Source of the DNA: Patescibacteria group bacterium
GTDB taxonomy: Bacteria > Patescibacteriota > Patescibacteriia > UBA9570 > JAHJKD01
DNA length: 64,000 bases
Direction: 5' to 3'
NCBI GenBank assembly: GCA_043798935.1
Contig: JAZDOC010000017.1
Span: 381 to 64,380, forward strand
In this document: piece after piece, positions 12,452-22,662 of the stretch
Position numbering within the stretch: position 1 is the stretch's first letter
Layout: each line of letters begins with the position of its first letter
Translations under genes and position numbers: made by a program
Notes under the pieces: model-generated
Databases searched by the model: none
What the model saw: only the letters and a program-made list of their open reading frames with translations
What the model was told of the DNA's origin: nothing

Positions 12452-14848
12452 ATGAACGTTGATCGTGAAAAAAGAAGAGAAATAGAAACAGAAAGAGAAA
12501 AGCGCAATGAAGTGGTGCGTATTTTTTTATTTCAGTCGCGCTCTGAACACGATATTCGTGATGATGAGAATTTGAAAGAAATACAGTTTACAAATTTGGT
12601 TTTAATTAAAAAAAGCAAGGATGCAAATAATCCTAATCAGCTTATGCCGGTAGGTGGAGCAGTTGAAAAACGAGAAACCGCTGTGCAGGCCGGTAGACGT
12701 GAAGCAGTTGAAGAAACTCATTTGCGACCACCGCTTCATACGGTTATAGAAATGCAAGCTCAGCAGGATTATGATTTTTATCATCATAAAAAACAGCAAA
12801 CAGTTTATAATCACTCCAAATTTTTAATTGGTCGTTTATTACCGGCTCCGATGGATGTGCCTTTCCAGCTTTCCCCAAAAGAAGATAAAATCGATTCTTT
12901 TCTACATTTATCATTCGAACAAGCGCAACAACTTTTAAATACGGGTCGTCTGCAGACAGATGATACTGTCGAGTGTACATTGTTAGATAGCTTATCGCCA
13001 GATGCCAGAGATAGGGTAAAATCTCGAACCCATATAAATGATCAAGAAGTTAGTGGTGTTAGAAACGAATTATTATTTCATTTTCAGCGCGTCGAGGCTG
13101 CTAAAAAAATGGATGTATTATTATCCTTAATGTTACATAAATTACCGACTGCTAAAAAAGATATAGCCATTAAACAAGATGCCCAGCAACGCAATGAAAT
13201 AATTCGCATGGCTCGACAGCAGAAAGCCGAACTGGAATTATTCGAAAATGAAATGTCTGAAAATGAGCAACTAACTTTTCCGGAAAAATTTGAACGCGCT
13301 AGTAAAGCTATCGATGAAGCGAATCGTATTTGGAAAGCTTTAGCTCATCATTTTACAGCTAATGATATCCGGCAGGCTTTAAAGTATGACAATCTACAAG
13401 TTAAGATTGAAAATGCTACGGAAAAGTTTAATGAAGAAACCGGCCACGGCGTTCCGACAATAGATTTCGTATTGCCTTTAATATTAGGTAGAGAAATTGA
13501 TAGTAGCGAATTAAAAATCATCATGAAAAATTCGCATGCCAGAAGAGTATTGCGTATGATGAAAGCAATTGGTGATGCCAGAAGACAAGGTATTACAGAC
13601 GGGCAAGAAATTATAGGCAGATTATCCTATCGTGATCCCGAACATCCAGAGATCGAACCATTATTAGATGTGCCGAAAACATATTTTGAAGTTCACAAAG
13701 GTAAAATTGATGGAAAAAAAGAATTTAATTTATCGGTTGCCGGAGTTTTGGTGGATGAATTTTTTAAAGAATGGCAACAAGCAGATACAAAAGTTAAATT
13801 TGTGGATCAATTAAATGAAATCAAGGGTGCAGATTTAATACAAATTTTTGAATACGCTATTGGTAATATTCCGGATAAAATTGCAAAAAAAATATTGCGA
13901 CGACAAAAATATGACAGTTTAGATAGAGCGCGAAACATTTTACAATGGGAAGCTAGACGAAAATTAGCAGCTATATTTTTATTAAATGAAAGCATACGTG
14001 TTCATAATCATGTACTAGAAAGAGGCATAGCACCGATCCGTGAGTTAGAAGAAGGTTTGGTTGAAGCAAAGGCCGCTGAATATGGGGGCAGTTCAATATC
14101 TATGCAACTTTTCTTAGAACAAGCCAGCACTGATGATAGACACGGCGCCTTAGGTTTTCACAAAGGTTATAAAAATGTTTTAAGATATGAACGAGTAAAA
14201 TCATTGCGCGGTATATTAAGAAAAATAATTGTGCGCGATCAATTACCCGAAGAAGATGTGAGTGGTGATATTGATGGTGATGCTTTTGCAGAATCGTATT
14301 TTTTTGAAGGTAACTATGAAGCCAAAGATTTAGAAATTAAAGAGTATTGTATTCCATACGACGATAATTTAGTAGATGATGAATTTGACACAGATGAGCG
14401 TAAACGATTTGTAGTTCGTGACAGAACTGGAAAACAGCTTGATAAAATATCTGCCCCGCAAATTATAGCTGATTTTATTAAAACTTTATTAATTAATGGT
14501 CGTGGTCATGTTGAAATTGAGGCTTTTAAGCCATTACCACCAATTGGTCAAGCATTTGAAAGCGCTGGACCCGGAGGAGGAGGAAAGGTAAGATTTTGTA
14601 AATTTTATATTAAGCATGTCGATGAAAATAATGTTGCTAGATACCGCGAAGTGCATGTATATGTGCCTGACAGTAAAAGAAAAACTAAAGCTTATGACGA
14701 GTATGTCGACAAAATTCAAGACGATAAAGAATATCGTGTTCAGCGTTTGTTTATGACGCACGGTTTGCGGTCTATGATGGAATTACTTTTTCCGGCAGAA
14801 ATTTATGGTGATGATGTGAGAAAAATGTATGCCGGTCGAGCTGGATAA
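12452..14848 (+). CDS. Large hypothetical protein with an N-terminal Nudix-hydrolase-like domain fused to ~650 aa of unknown function
   Basis: A Nudix box-like segment GGAVEKRETAVQAGRREAVEETHL fits G-x5-E-x7-REUxEExGU, with His replacing the final Gly. The remainder matches nothing I recognise. A GPGGGGKV motif lies near the C-terminus. Confidence 0.5.
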   Translation: MNVDREKRREIETEREKRNEVVRIFLFQSRSEHDIRDDENLKEIQFTNLVLIKKSKDANNPNQLMPVGGAVEKRETAVQAGRREAVEETHLRPPLHTVIEMQAQQDYDFYHHKKQQTVYNHSKFLIGRLLPAPMDVPFQLSPKEDKIDSFLHLSFEQAQQLLNTGRLQTDDTVECTLLDSLSPDARDRVKSRTHINDQEVSGVRNELLFHFQRVEAAKKMDVLLSLMLHKLPTAKKDIAIKQDAQQRNEIIRMARQQKAELELFENEMSENEQLTFPEKFERASKAIDEANRIWKALAHHFTANDIRQALKYDNLQVKIENATEKFNEETGHGVPTIDFVLPLILGREIDSSELKIIMKNSHARRVLRMMKAIGDARRQGITDGQEIIGRLSYRDPEHPEIEPLLDVPKTYFEVHKGKIDGKKEFNLSVAGVLVDEFFKEWQQADTKVKFVDQLNEIKGADLIQIFEYAIGNIPDKIAKKILRRQKYDSLDRARNILQWEARRKLAAIFLLNESIRVHNHVLERGIAPIRELEEGLVEAKAAEYGGSSISMQLFLEQASTDDRHGALGFHKGYKNVLRYERVKSLRGILRKIIVRDQLPEEDVSGDIDGDAFAESYFFEGNYEAKDLEIKEYCIPYDDNLVDDEFDTDERKRFVVRDRTGKQLDKISAPQIIADFIKTLLINGRGHVEIEAFKPLPPIGQAFESAGPGGGGKVRFCKFYIKHVDENNVARYREVHVYVPDSKRKTKAYDEYVDKIQDDKEYRVQRLFMTHGLRSMMELLFPAEIYGDDVRKMYAGRAG

Positions 14849-14951
14849 TTAATAGTTTTTAATACTTTTACATTTTTAAAATAACGTGCTATATTGATAT
14901 AGGATTTCCGCCTCCCAACTGGCGGATTTAATATGTGTAAAAATAGCTATA

Positions 14952-15794
14952 ATGGCCATCATTGTTAACGGTCCACAAATTGCTGCCAGTATTTACAACA
15001 GACTATCTAAAAAAGTCGTTAATTTAAAGAAAACAAAAATTACTCCTAAATTAGGAGTTATTTTAGTTGGCGCCGATAAGCCTTCGCAAGCTTATGTAAA
15101 AAAGAAAGGTCAAGCTGCTGAAAAAATAGGCGTGGATTTTTTATTGCAGATTTATCCAGCCTCTATTACCACGGCTAAATTAATCAGTGAAATTGAAAAA
15201 TTACAGGAGCGAAAAAATAAATTAACCGGTTTAATTGTTCAGTTGCCTTTACCAAAAAAAATTAACACGGGCAAAGTGCTCGAGGTAATTAATCCTAACA
15301 TAGATGTCGACTGCTTAACCCAGAAAAATTTAGGCAAGTTGCTTACCGGTAGTAATAAAATTGAACCGCCAACACCGGGGGCTATTTTAGAGATATTAAA
15401 ATATCATAAAGTAAACTTAAAAGGCACAAAAGTTTGCATGGTTGGCGCTGGTCAATTAATTGGTCGGCCACTGACTAATTTGTTGATGCATGAATTAGCC
15501 ACAGTTACAGTTTGTAATCAATACACAAAAAAATTAAAACAATATACTCAAACAGCTGACGTGGTTATTATGGGCGTGGGTAAATATAATTTATTAACCG
15601 GTTCAATGATAAAGAAAAACGCTGTCGTAATAGACGCAGGTGTGTGTTTTGTAAAAGAAAAAATGTATGGCGATATTCATTTTGCATCAGTAAGTAAAAA
15701 AGCTAGTTTAGTAACTCCAACTCCGGGTGGTGTGGGTCCATTAACAGTAGCTAAGCTTATCGAGAATACTGTGATTTGTGCTGAATCGGCTTAG
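14952..15794 (+). CDS. folD: Bifunctional methylenetetrahydrofolate dehydrogenase/methenyl-THF cyclohydrolase
   Basis: 280 aa with KLGVILVGADKPSQAYVKKK, PTPGAILEIL and the dinucleotide-binding segment VCMVGAGQLIGRP. Confidence 0.9.
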   Translation: MAIIVNGPQIAASIYNRLSKKVVNLKKTKITPKLGVILVGADKPSQAYVKKKGQAAEKIGVDFLLQIYPASITTAKLISEIEKLQERKNKLTGLIVQLPLPKKINTGKVLEVINPNIDVDCLTQKNLGKLLTGSNKIEPPTPGAILEILKYHKVNLKGTKVCMVGAGQLIGRPLTNLLMHELATVTVCNQYTKKLKQYTQTADVVIMGVGKYNLLTGSMIKKNAVVIDAGVCFVKEKMYGDIHFASVSKKASLVTPTPGGVGPLTVAKLIENTVICAESA

Positions 15795-15860
15795 GTTAAG
15801 ATCTGATTAAGATGATGTTATGACCTGGCTTGCCCAGGTCAGAAATAAAAAAATAAATAA

Positions 15861-17180
<1,320 letters not shown>

Positions 17181-17188
17181 TAAATTTT

Positions 17189-18025
17189 ATGAATTACACT
17201 AAAATAAGAGATCAGGTCGTAGAACTTTACCGGCGTACTTCTTGTGATTTGCCGCGTGATGTTGAGCAAGCTCTTAAAGCGGCATGGCAGAAAGAAAACA
17301 ATGCCCAGGGAAAAAGTGTTTTGACTGCCATATTAAATAATATTAAATTAGCACGCAAACAAATGAAGCCCATGTGCCAGGATACCGGCATTCCGCTTTT
17401 TTATGTTCAATATCAAAGAAATAAATATTCGCATTTAAAGTTAAAGCGAGCCATTAAAGACGCAACTAATATTGCTACTAAAGTGGTACCACTAAGGCCT
17501 AATGCTATTGATTTTGAAACCGGTGAAGCTATTGGAAATTATCCGATTATTTATTTTAAAGAAGCGAATAAAACTCAGATTACACTTTTATTAAAAGGTG
17601 GTGGTAGTGAAAATGTTTCAGCCGTGTATCAATTGCCGAATTTAAAAATTGGGGCCACAGGTCGCGGGTTAAAAGACGTGGAAAAAGCAGTCCTGCATAC
17701 AGTATATAAAGCGCAGGGAAAAGGATGTCCACCATATTTAGTAGGTGTAGCTGTTTGCGGTAATATTGAAGAAGCGGCATATCGTGCAAAAAACAGGCAT
17801 TTAAAAAAATTAAACGAAGTTAATCCGGTGACTAAATTTGCTCGTTTTGAAAAAGATTTATTAAAGAAAATTAATGAGTTAAGCATCGGGCCTCTAGGAT
17901 TAGGCGGAACACAAACTGCACTCAGCTTAAAATTTACCGGTCGTTTCAGTCATCCCGCATCTATGTTCGTGGGGGTATCTTTAGGATGTTGGGCTATGCG
18001 TCGACGCACATTAAAGTTAAAATAA
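17189..18025 (+). CDS. Fe-S hydro-lyase alpha subunit (class I fumarate hydratase / L(+)-tartrate dehydratase alpha)
   Basis: CQDTGIPLFYV signature of the FumA/TtdA N-terminal domain; 278 aa. Confidence 0.8.
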   Translation: MNYTKIRDQVVELYRRTSCDLPRDVEQALKAAWQKENNAQGKSVLTAILNNIKLARKQMKPMCQDTGIPLFYVQYQRNKYSHLKLKRAIKDATNIATKVVPLRPNAIDFETGEAIGNYPIIYFKEANKTQITLLLKGGGSENVSAVYQLPNLKIGATGRGLKDVEKAVLHTVYKAQGKGCPPYLVGVAVCGNIEEAAYRAKNRHLKKLNEVNPVTKFARFEKDLLKKINELSIGPLGLGGTQTALSLKFTGRFSHPASMFVGVSLGCWAMRRRTLKLK

Positions 18026-18030
18026 TTTTT

Positions 18031-18594
18031 ATGATAAAATTAACCACGTCATTAAATAAACAAGATATCAGTAATTTACATGTGGGTGATGAAGTACTAT
18101 TAAGTGGAACAATTTTTACGGCTCGTGACCGAGCATATAATGTACTGCTCGAAAAAAATTTTTCTAAAATTAAAGATCAAATTATTTATCATTCCGGTTT
18201 AATTATCAGAGAAACTAAAAATGGCTTACAGCCTATTTCAGCCGGGCCTACAACCAGCGCGCGGTTTATAGAACGCAGTATAAAGCTGATTAAAAAATAT
18301 AAAATCAAAGCTTTTATCGGTAAGGGTGGCATGGATACGCCGGAAATTATTGAAGCGTTTGAAAAAAATAATGTTGTTTATTTTGCCGCCGTGGGCGGTG
18401 CCGGCGTGTTGTATGCTAATGCGATTGTAAAAATTAAAAATGCTTATTTTAGAAATTTAGGCATGACCGATTCAGTTTTAGAACTGGAAGTAAAAGATTT
18501 TCCGGTCGTAGTTACTATGGATTCTCATGGTAACAGCATCTATAATAATGTTTATAAAAAATCTAAAAGTAAAGTTAGAAAATATTTAAAATAA
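18031..18594 (+). CDS. Fe-S hydro-lyase beta subunit (class I fumarate hydratase / tartrate dehydratase beta)
   Basis: GTIFTARDRAYNVLLE is the signature of the beta-type catalytic domain. I took the ATG at 18031, just after the upstream stop; the track's earlier start overlaps the alpha gene. Confidence 0.8.
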   Translation: MIKLTTSLNKQDISNLHVGDEVLLSGTIFTARDRAYNVLLEKNFSKIKDQIIYHSGLIIRETKNGLQPISAGPTTSARFIERSIKLIKKYKIKAFIGKGGMDTPEIIEAFEKNNVVYFAAVGGAGVLYANAIVKIKNAYFRNLGMTDSVLELEVKDFPVVVTMDSHGNSIYNNVYKKSKSKVRKYLK

Positions 18595-18597
18595 CTA

Positions 18598-18621
18598 ACC
18601 CCGGGCTTTATGCCCGTGGGT
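18598..18621 (+). repeat. Conserved bulged hairpin element with TTTAT loop (copy 1), between fumB-like gene and malic enzyme
   Basis: ACCCCGGGC-TTTAT-GCCCG-T-GGGT. It has the same architecture as the copy at 27600-27623, with compensatory base changes that preserve pairing. Confidence 0.45.
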
Positions 18622-18635
18622 GTAGCGACAAATAA

Positions 18636-19757
18636 ATGAAATTAACGAAAAAGCAAATACTAAATTATCATCAAGGCGGTAAAATTGGTGTAAATATTAC
18701 CAAGTCTTGTGCGACACAGATAGATTTATCCATTGCTTATACGCCCGGAGTGGCAGTACCGTGTTTGGAAATCCAGAAAAATCCATCAGATATATATAAA
18801 TATACAAATAAAAAAAATAGCGTGCTCGTCGTGTCGAACGGAACGGCCGTTTTGGGTTTAGGGAATATCGGAGCGGCCGCTTCCAAACCGGTTATGGAAG
18901 GCAAATGCGTTTTGTTTAAAAAATACGCCGGCATTGATGCTTTTGATATTGAAGTAAGCGAAACCGATCCGCAAAAATTTGTGGAAATCGTTAGTAAAAT
19001 AGCGGTTGGTTTTGGCGGTATAAATTTAGAAGATATCAAAGCTCCGGAATGTTTTTACATCGAAAAGGAATTACAGAAAAAATTAAACATTCCGGTTTTT
19101 CATGATGATCAGCATGGCACAGCCATTATTTCCGGAGCAGCCTTGCTTAATGCTTTAGAAATAGTAAAAAAAGACATTAAAAAAATAAAAGTAGTTTTCT
19201 CTGGTGATGGCGCAGCTGGTACAGCATGCAAGAATTATTTTATTAAACTGGGAGTTAGCGCAAATAATATCAAAGTTGTAAATAAAGAAACCATTATAAA
19301 ACTTTCTGAATATATAAAAAATGCCGATGTATTCATGGGTTTGTCGGTCAAAAATATTTTGTCAGTTGAGATGTTAAAGTCTATGGCTCAAAATCCAATC
19401 GTCTTTGCCATGGCCAACCCGGATCCGGAGATCGAATATAATGTGGCCAAGCGTTCTCGTCCAGATGTAATTATTGCCACCGGTCGGAGCGATTACCCTA
19501 ATCAAATAAATAATGTTTTGGGCTTTCCTTATATTTTTAGAGGAGCGCTTGATGGTGAAGCTAAAAAAATCACGGAAAAAATGAAATTAGCCGCTACTTA
19601 TGCTTTGGCTGATTTAGCAAAAAAATCAGTTCCAACCAGCGTGCTTAAAGTTTATAAATTAAAATCATTAAAATTCGGACCAGATTATTTAGTGCCTAAA
19701 CCATTTGATCCGCGATTAAATAAATTTATTTCACAAGCAATCAAAAAAGCAATTTAA
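18636..19757 (+). CDS. NAD(P)-dependent malic enzyme (short bacterial type)
   Basis: DLSIAYTPGVA, FHDDQHGTAII and GAGAAG-like GDGAAGTA dinucleotide motif; 373 aa. Confidence 0.88.
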   Translation: MKLTKKQILNYHQGGKIGVNITKSCATQIDLSIAYTPGVAVPCLEIQKNPSDIYKYTNKKNSVLVVSNGTAVLGLGNIGAAASKPVMEGKCVLFKKYAGIDAFDIEVSETDPQKFVEIVSKIAVGFGGINLEDIKAPECFYIEKELQKKLNIPVFHDDQHGTAIISGAALLNALEIVKKDIKKIKVVFSGDGAAGTACKNYFIKLGVSANNIKVVNKETIIKLSEYIKNADVFMGLSVKNILSVEMLKSMAQNPIVFAMANPDPEIEYNVAKRSRPDVIIATGRSDYPNQINNVLGFPYIFRGALDGEAKKITEKMKLAATYALADLAKKSVPTSVLKVYKLKSLKFGPDYLVPKPFDPRLNKFISQAIKKAI

Positions 19758-19761
19758 AATT

Positions 19762-21090
19762 ATGGCAAAAGCAAAACCAGCGCTATCAAGGAGAACAAGA
19801 GAAAGGCTAGCGGCTAAAGATGCTGAAAGAAGAGCTGCTCAACAAGTACCGCCGCAACATGACAAAGCCTTGCCAGACATGGTGGATTTAAGAAAGTTAG
19901 ATGTTCATCCCGGCATCAGAAATGAATTATTAAAAATCGGCAGTGATTTATTACGTTTTGAACCGGCGGCACGGCGGGCAAAATTGGAACATAATGAAAT
20001 GGCATTTTTAGGCATATTGGAAGGCGGCGGAATTTTAGGCGAACAGTTTATTGCCGATATTAAAAAATTAGGCGATGCATTGATCAGTGCAGTAGATAAT
20101 GATTTAAAGGCAATGGATAATCCGCGCGATAAGAATGCTGGCCGAGAAATTATTTCACAATTCAATAGACGTTTAAATGAATTACTGCAGGCAGTTTCGG
20201 GTATGCCGCTTTTAAAAATGAGTTTACGAGAGGCTGGTTTTTTTGCATTTCAAAAAGAAGCCTTGGATACTATTTTGAACAAACAAGATCCTCATCAACT
20301 AGCCGCAGTCAAAAGCTCGAAGCATAATTCCTATCGTTCCATTGTCGAAGCCATGGAAATGGGTTTTGCTTTAGAATTAACTAGAATTATAAAACGTGCT
20401 CCGGATGATGGAGCTGAAGTGCAGGCAATGATTGAAAAATATCGAGATATACGTTTTGCGCCTACTGGCCAAGGAGATCAACTGCATTATCGAGCCGTAG
20501 ATATTAAACCGTCTAAAGCGCATCCAGATAGCAAGCCAATAGTAACAATTGTTATGGGGGTGATGGAGAAACAATCAGCATTATCCATGGTGCGAGTCGA
20601 GATTGCGACCGAGGATATTAAAATATTATGTGAACTTTCCAGATTAACCGGAGAACTTTGTCCGGTGCATGCTTGTGTATATAATCTGCGTGAGTTATTA
20701 GGAACAAATTATGATATTCTTCGGGATATCGTTATTCGAATGGTTGATCGGCAATATAAAGAAGGTTTTTTAAAGCCCGTTGAACAACCGGAAAAAATAG
20801 TTGATCAAACAAAATCACAGGAAATGCCAGCTTTAGATCCGCGGGTTTTTAGCATTGCATTAAGGCGCTGTGGAGCTAATTTAGTTATGGAAAATGGATC
20901 ATTGTATTGGCGTTTAGATTCGCGACGGGTGCCAGCTTTAAGTGAAGATACAGCTACTTGGGTTTTTTGGCAAGAGATAGAGCAAACTTTGATGATTTTT
21001 AATATTGCGCTTGAAACATTTGTAAGTTATTTGCCTAGTCAACTAAGACAAGAATATTTGTCGAGGATGCAGAGAAAAAATACCGCATAA
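19762..21090 (+). CDS. Hypothetical protein
   Basis: 442-aa ORF with no recognisable motif. The N-terminus is basic, Ala/Arg-rich and low in complexity. Local GC is somewhat above that of its neighbours. Confidence 0.4.
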   Translation: MAKAKPALSRRTRERLAAKDAERRAAQQVPPQHDKALPDMVDLRKLDVHPGIRNELLKIGSDLLRFEPAARRAKLEHNEMAFLGILEGGGILGEQFIADIKKLGDALISAVDNDLKAMDNPRDKNAGREIISQFNRRLNELLQAVSGMPLLKMSLREAGFFAFQKEALDTILNKQDPHQLAAVKSSKHNSYRSIVEAMEMGFALELTRIIKRAPDDGAEVQAMIEKYRDIRFAPTGQGDQLHYRAVDIKPSKAHPDSKPIVTIVMGVMEKQSALSMVRVEIATEDIKILCELSRLTGELCPVHACVYNLRELLGTNYDILRDIVIRMVDRQYKEGFLKPVEQPEKIVDQTKSQEMPALDPRVFSIALRRCGANLVMENGSLYWRLDSRRVPALSEDTATWVFWQEIEQTLMIFNIALETFVSYLPSQLRQEYLSRMQRKNTA

Positions 21091-21141
21091 AGTAATTTTG
21101 TTAAAATAAATAAATATAATTATATTTAGTAAACAATAATT

Positions 21142-22116
21142 ATGGACAAAAAAGAAATTATTAAGCAAAATTTAAAGAATTGCTTAACCGAAACAAACTT
21201 TGCAGGCTTAGGCGGGTATCGTAAAGGAAAAGTTCGCGACCAGTATAAGCAGAGCGATAAAATGATTTTAATAACTACTGATCGACAGTCGGCTTTTGAT
21301 CGCATCTTAGCTTCCATTCCTTTTAAAGGGCAAGTGTTAAACCAAATATCAGCTTTTTGGTTTGAACAAACCAAAGATATTATAGGTAATCATGTAATTG
21401 AAGTACCAGATCCAAATGTTACAATAGGGAAAAAGTGTAAAGTATTTCCAGTGGAGATGGTAGTACGCGGTTATTTAACCGGTTCTACTTCTACTTCAGC
21501 CTGGATGGCATATTCTAAAGGGGATAGAGAGTTCTGCGGTAATACACTTCCGGAAGGAATGGTTAAAAATCAGAAATTTGCTGAGCCAATGATTACACCC
21601 ACTACCAAAGACGACGCGCATGATGAGAAAACTTCAGCCAAAGAAATTGTTGCTAAAGGAATAATGCCGGAAGAAAAATGGAACATTATAGCCGAGGCGG
21701 CGCTAAAAATATTTAAGCGTGGACAAGAGATTGCCGCCAAAAACGGATTAATTTTAGTTGATACTAAATATGAATTTGGCGAAGATGAAGACGGAAATAT
21801 TTTATTAATCGATGAAGTGCACACTCCGGATTCATCGCGTTATTGGCTAGCCGATACTTATGAAGCTAAATTTAATGCCGGGCAAGAGCCTGATAACATC
21901 GATAAAGAATTTTTACGTTTATGGTTTGTGGATCATTGCGATCCTTATAAAGATGAAGTTCTTCCTGAAGCACCCGAAGAGCTTGTAATTGAATTATCTT
22001 CAAGGTATATTCAACTTTATGAAATGATTACAGGTAAGGAATTTGAATTTCCTGAAACAGACATGTCGGTTCGGGATAGAATTATTAAAAATTTAGAAAA
22101 ATTTAAAATTAATTAA
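21142..22116 (+). CDS. purC: Phosphoribosylaminoimidazole-succinocarboxamide (SAICAR) synthase
   Basis: GGYRKGKVRDQY near the N-terminus, plus LIDEVHTPDSSRYW. Confidence 0.9.
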   Translation: MDKKEIIKQNLKNCLTETNFAGLGGYRKGKVRDQYKQSDKMILITTDRQSAFDRILASIPFKGQVLNQISAFWFEQTKDIIGNHVIEVPDPNVTIGKKCKVFPVEMVVRGYLTGSTSTSAWMAYSKGDREFCGNTLPEGMVKNQKFAEPMITPTTKDDAHDEKTSAKEIVAKGIMPEEKWNIIAEAALKIFKRGQEIAAKNGLILVDTKYEFGEDEDGNILLIDEVHTPDSSRYWLADTYEAKFNAGQEPDNIDKEFLRLWFVDHCDPYKDEVLPEAPEELVIELSSRYIQLYEMITGKEFEFPETDMSVRDRIIKNLEKFKIN

Positions 22117-22125
22117 TAATAAAAT

Positions 22126-22518
22126 ATGAACAAAGCAATAATTATAATGGGTTCGGAATCTGATAAAGATTTTGTAGCCAAAATCACATCAAAACTAGAT
22201 GAACTAGGAACTATGCATGAAGAAAATGTGGCTTCGGCTCATAAAGAACCAAAAAAAGTTTTAGAAATTTTAGAAAAAAACAATGACAGCCAAGATAAAA
22301 TTGTTTATATTACCGTGGCCGGTAGAAGCAACGCTTTGTCTGGCTTCTGCGCTGCTAATGCTAAACAGCCTGTAATTGCCTGTCCGCCGTTTGCCACTAA
22401 AGAAGATTTTATGATTAATATCAATTCTACTTTGCAGATGCCATCTAATACGCCGGCGCTTACAGTAATTGATCCGGGTAATGCGGCTTTAGCGGTGAAA
22501 AAAATCTTGGATTTATAA
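22126..22518 (+). CDS. purE: Phosphoribosylaminoimidazole carboxylase catalytic subunit / N5-CAIR mutase (PurE)
   Basis: IIMGSESD and ITVAGRSNALSGFCAANAKQPVIACPP match the PurE core. It is 130 aa, on the short side. Confidence 0.75.
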   Translation: MNKAIIIMGSESDKDFVAKITSKLDELGTMHEENVASAHKEPKKVLEILEKNNDSQDKIVYITVAGRSNALSGFCAANAKQPVIACPPFATKEDFMININSTLQMPSNTPALTVIDPGNAALAVKKILDL

Positions 22519-22578
22519 GATAATAAAAACAGTGCTCCCAATAAATTGGGGGGGGCCTTTTGTTATTAATTTTAACTA

Positions 22579-22603
22579 GGTCATGAACTTATTCAGGGCG
22601 CTA
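22579..22603 (+). promoter_or_regulatory. Conserved 25-nt motif GGTCATGAACTTATTCAGGGCGCTA (inverted repeat TGAAC-N2-ATTCA) upstream of purB
   Basis: 22 of 25 positions are identical to the motif at 41279-41303 upstream of folP. It is followed by an extended -10 at 22622-22630 (TGtTATAAT). Confidence 0.5.
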
Positions 22604-22662
22604 GCGAGTTTTAACTTTTTTTGTTATAATATGCATGCTTAAGAAAAATAAATATAAATAAC

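Noticed and set aside
14849-14951. ZTP (pfl) or purine riboswitch upstream of folD, purD or purH.
   Set aside because: Only a short CCGCC...GGCGG stem at 14914-14936 is present. None of the conserved ZTP pseudoknot or purine-riboswitch core sequences could be recognised.
17986-18030. The track's start for the fumarase beta subunit, overlapping the alpha gene by 40 nt.
   Set aside because: An ATG at 18031 lies immediately after the alpha-subunit stop and gives the expected N-terminus.
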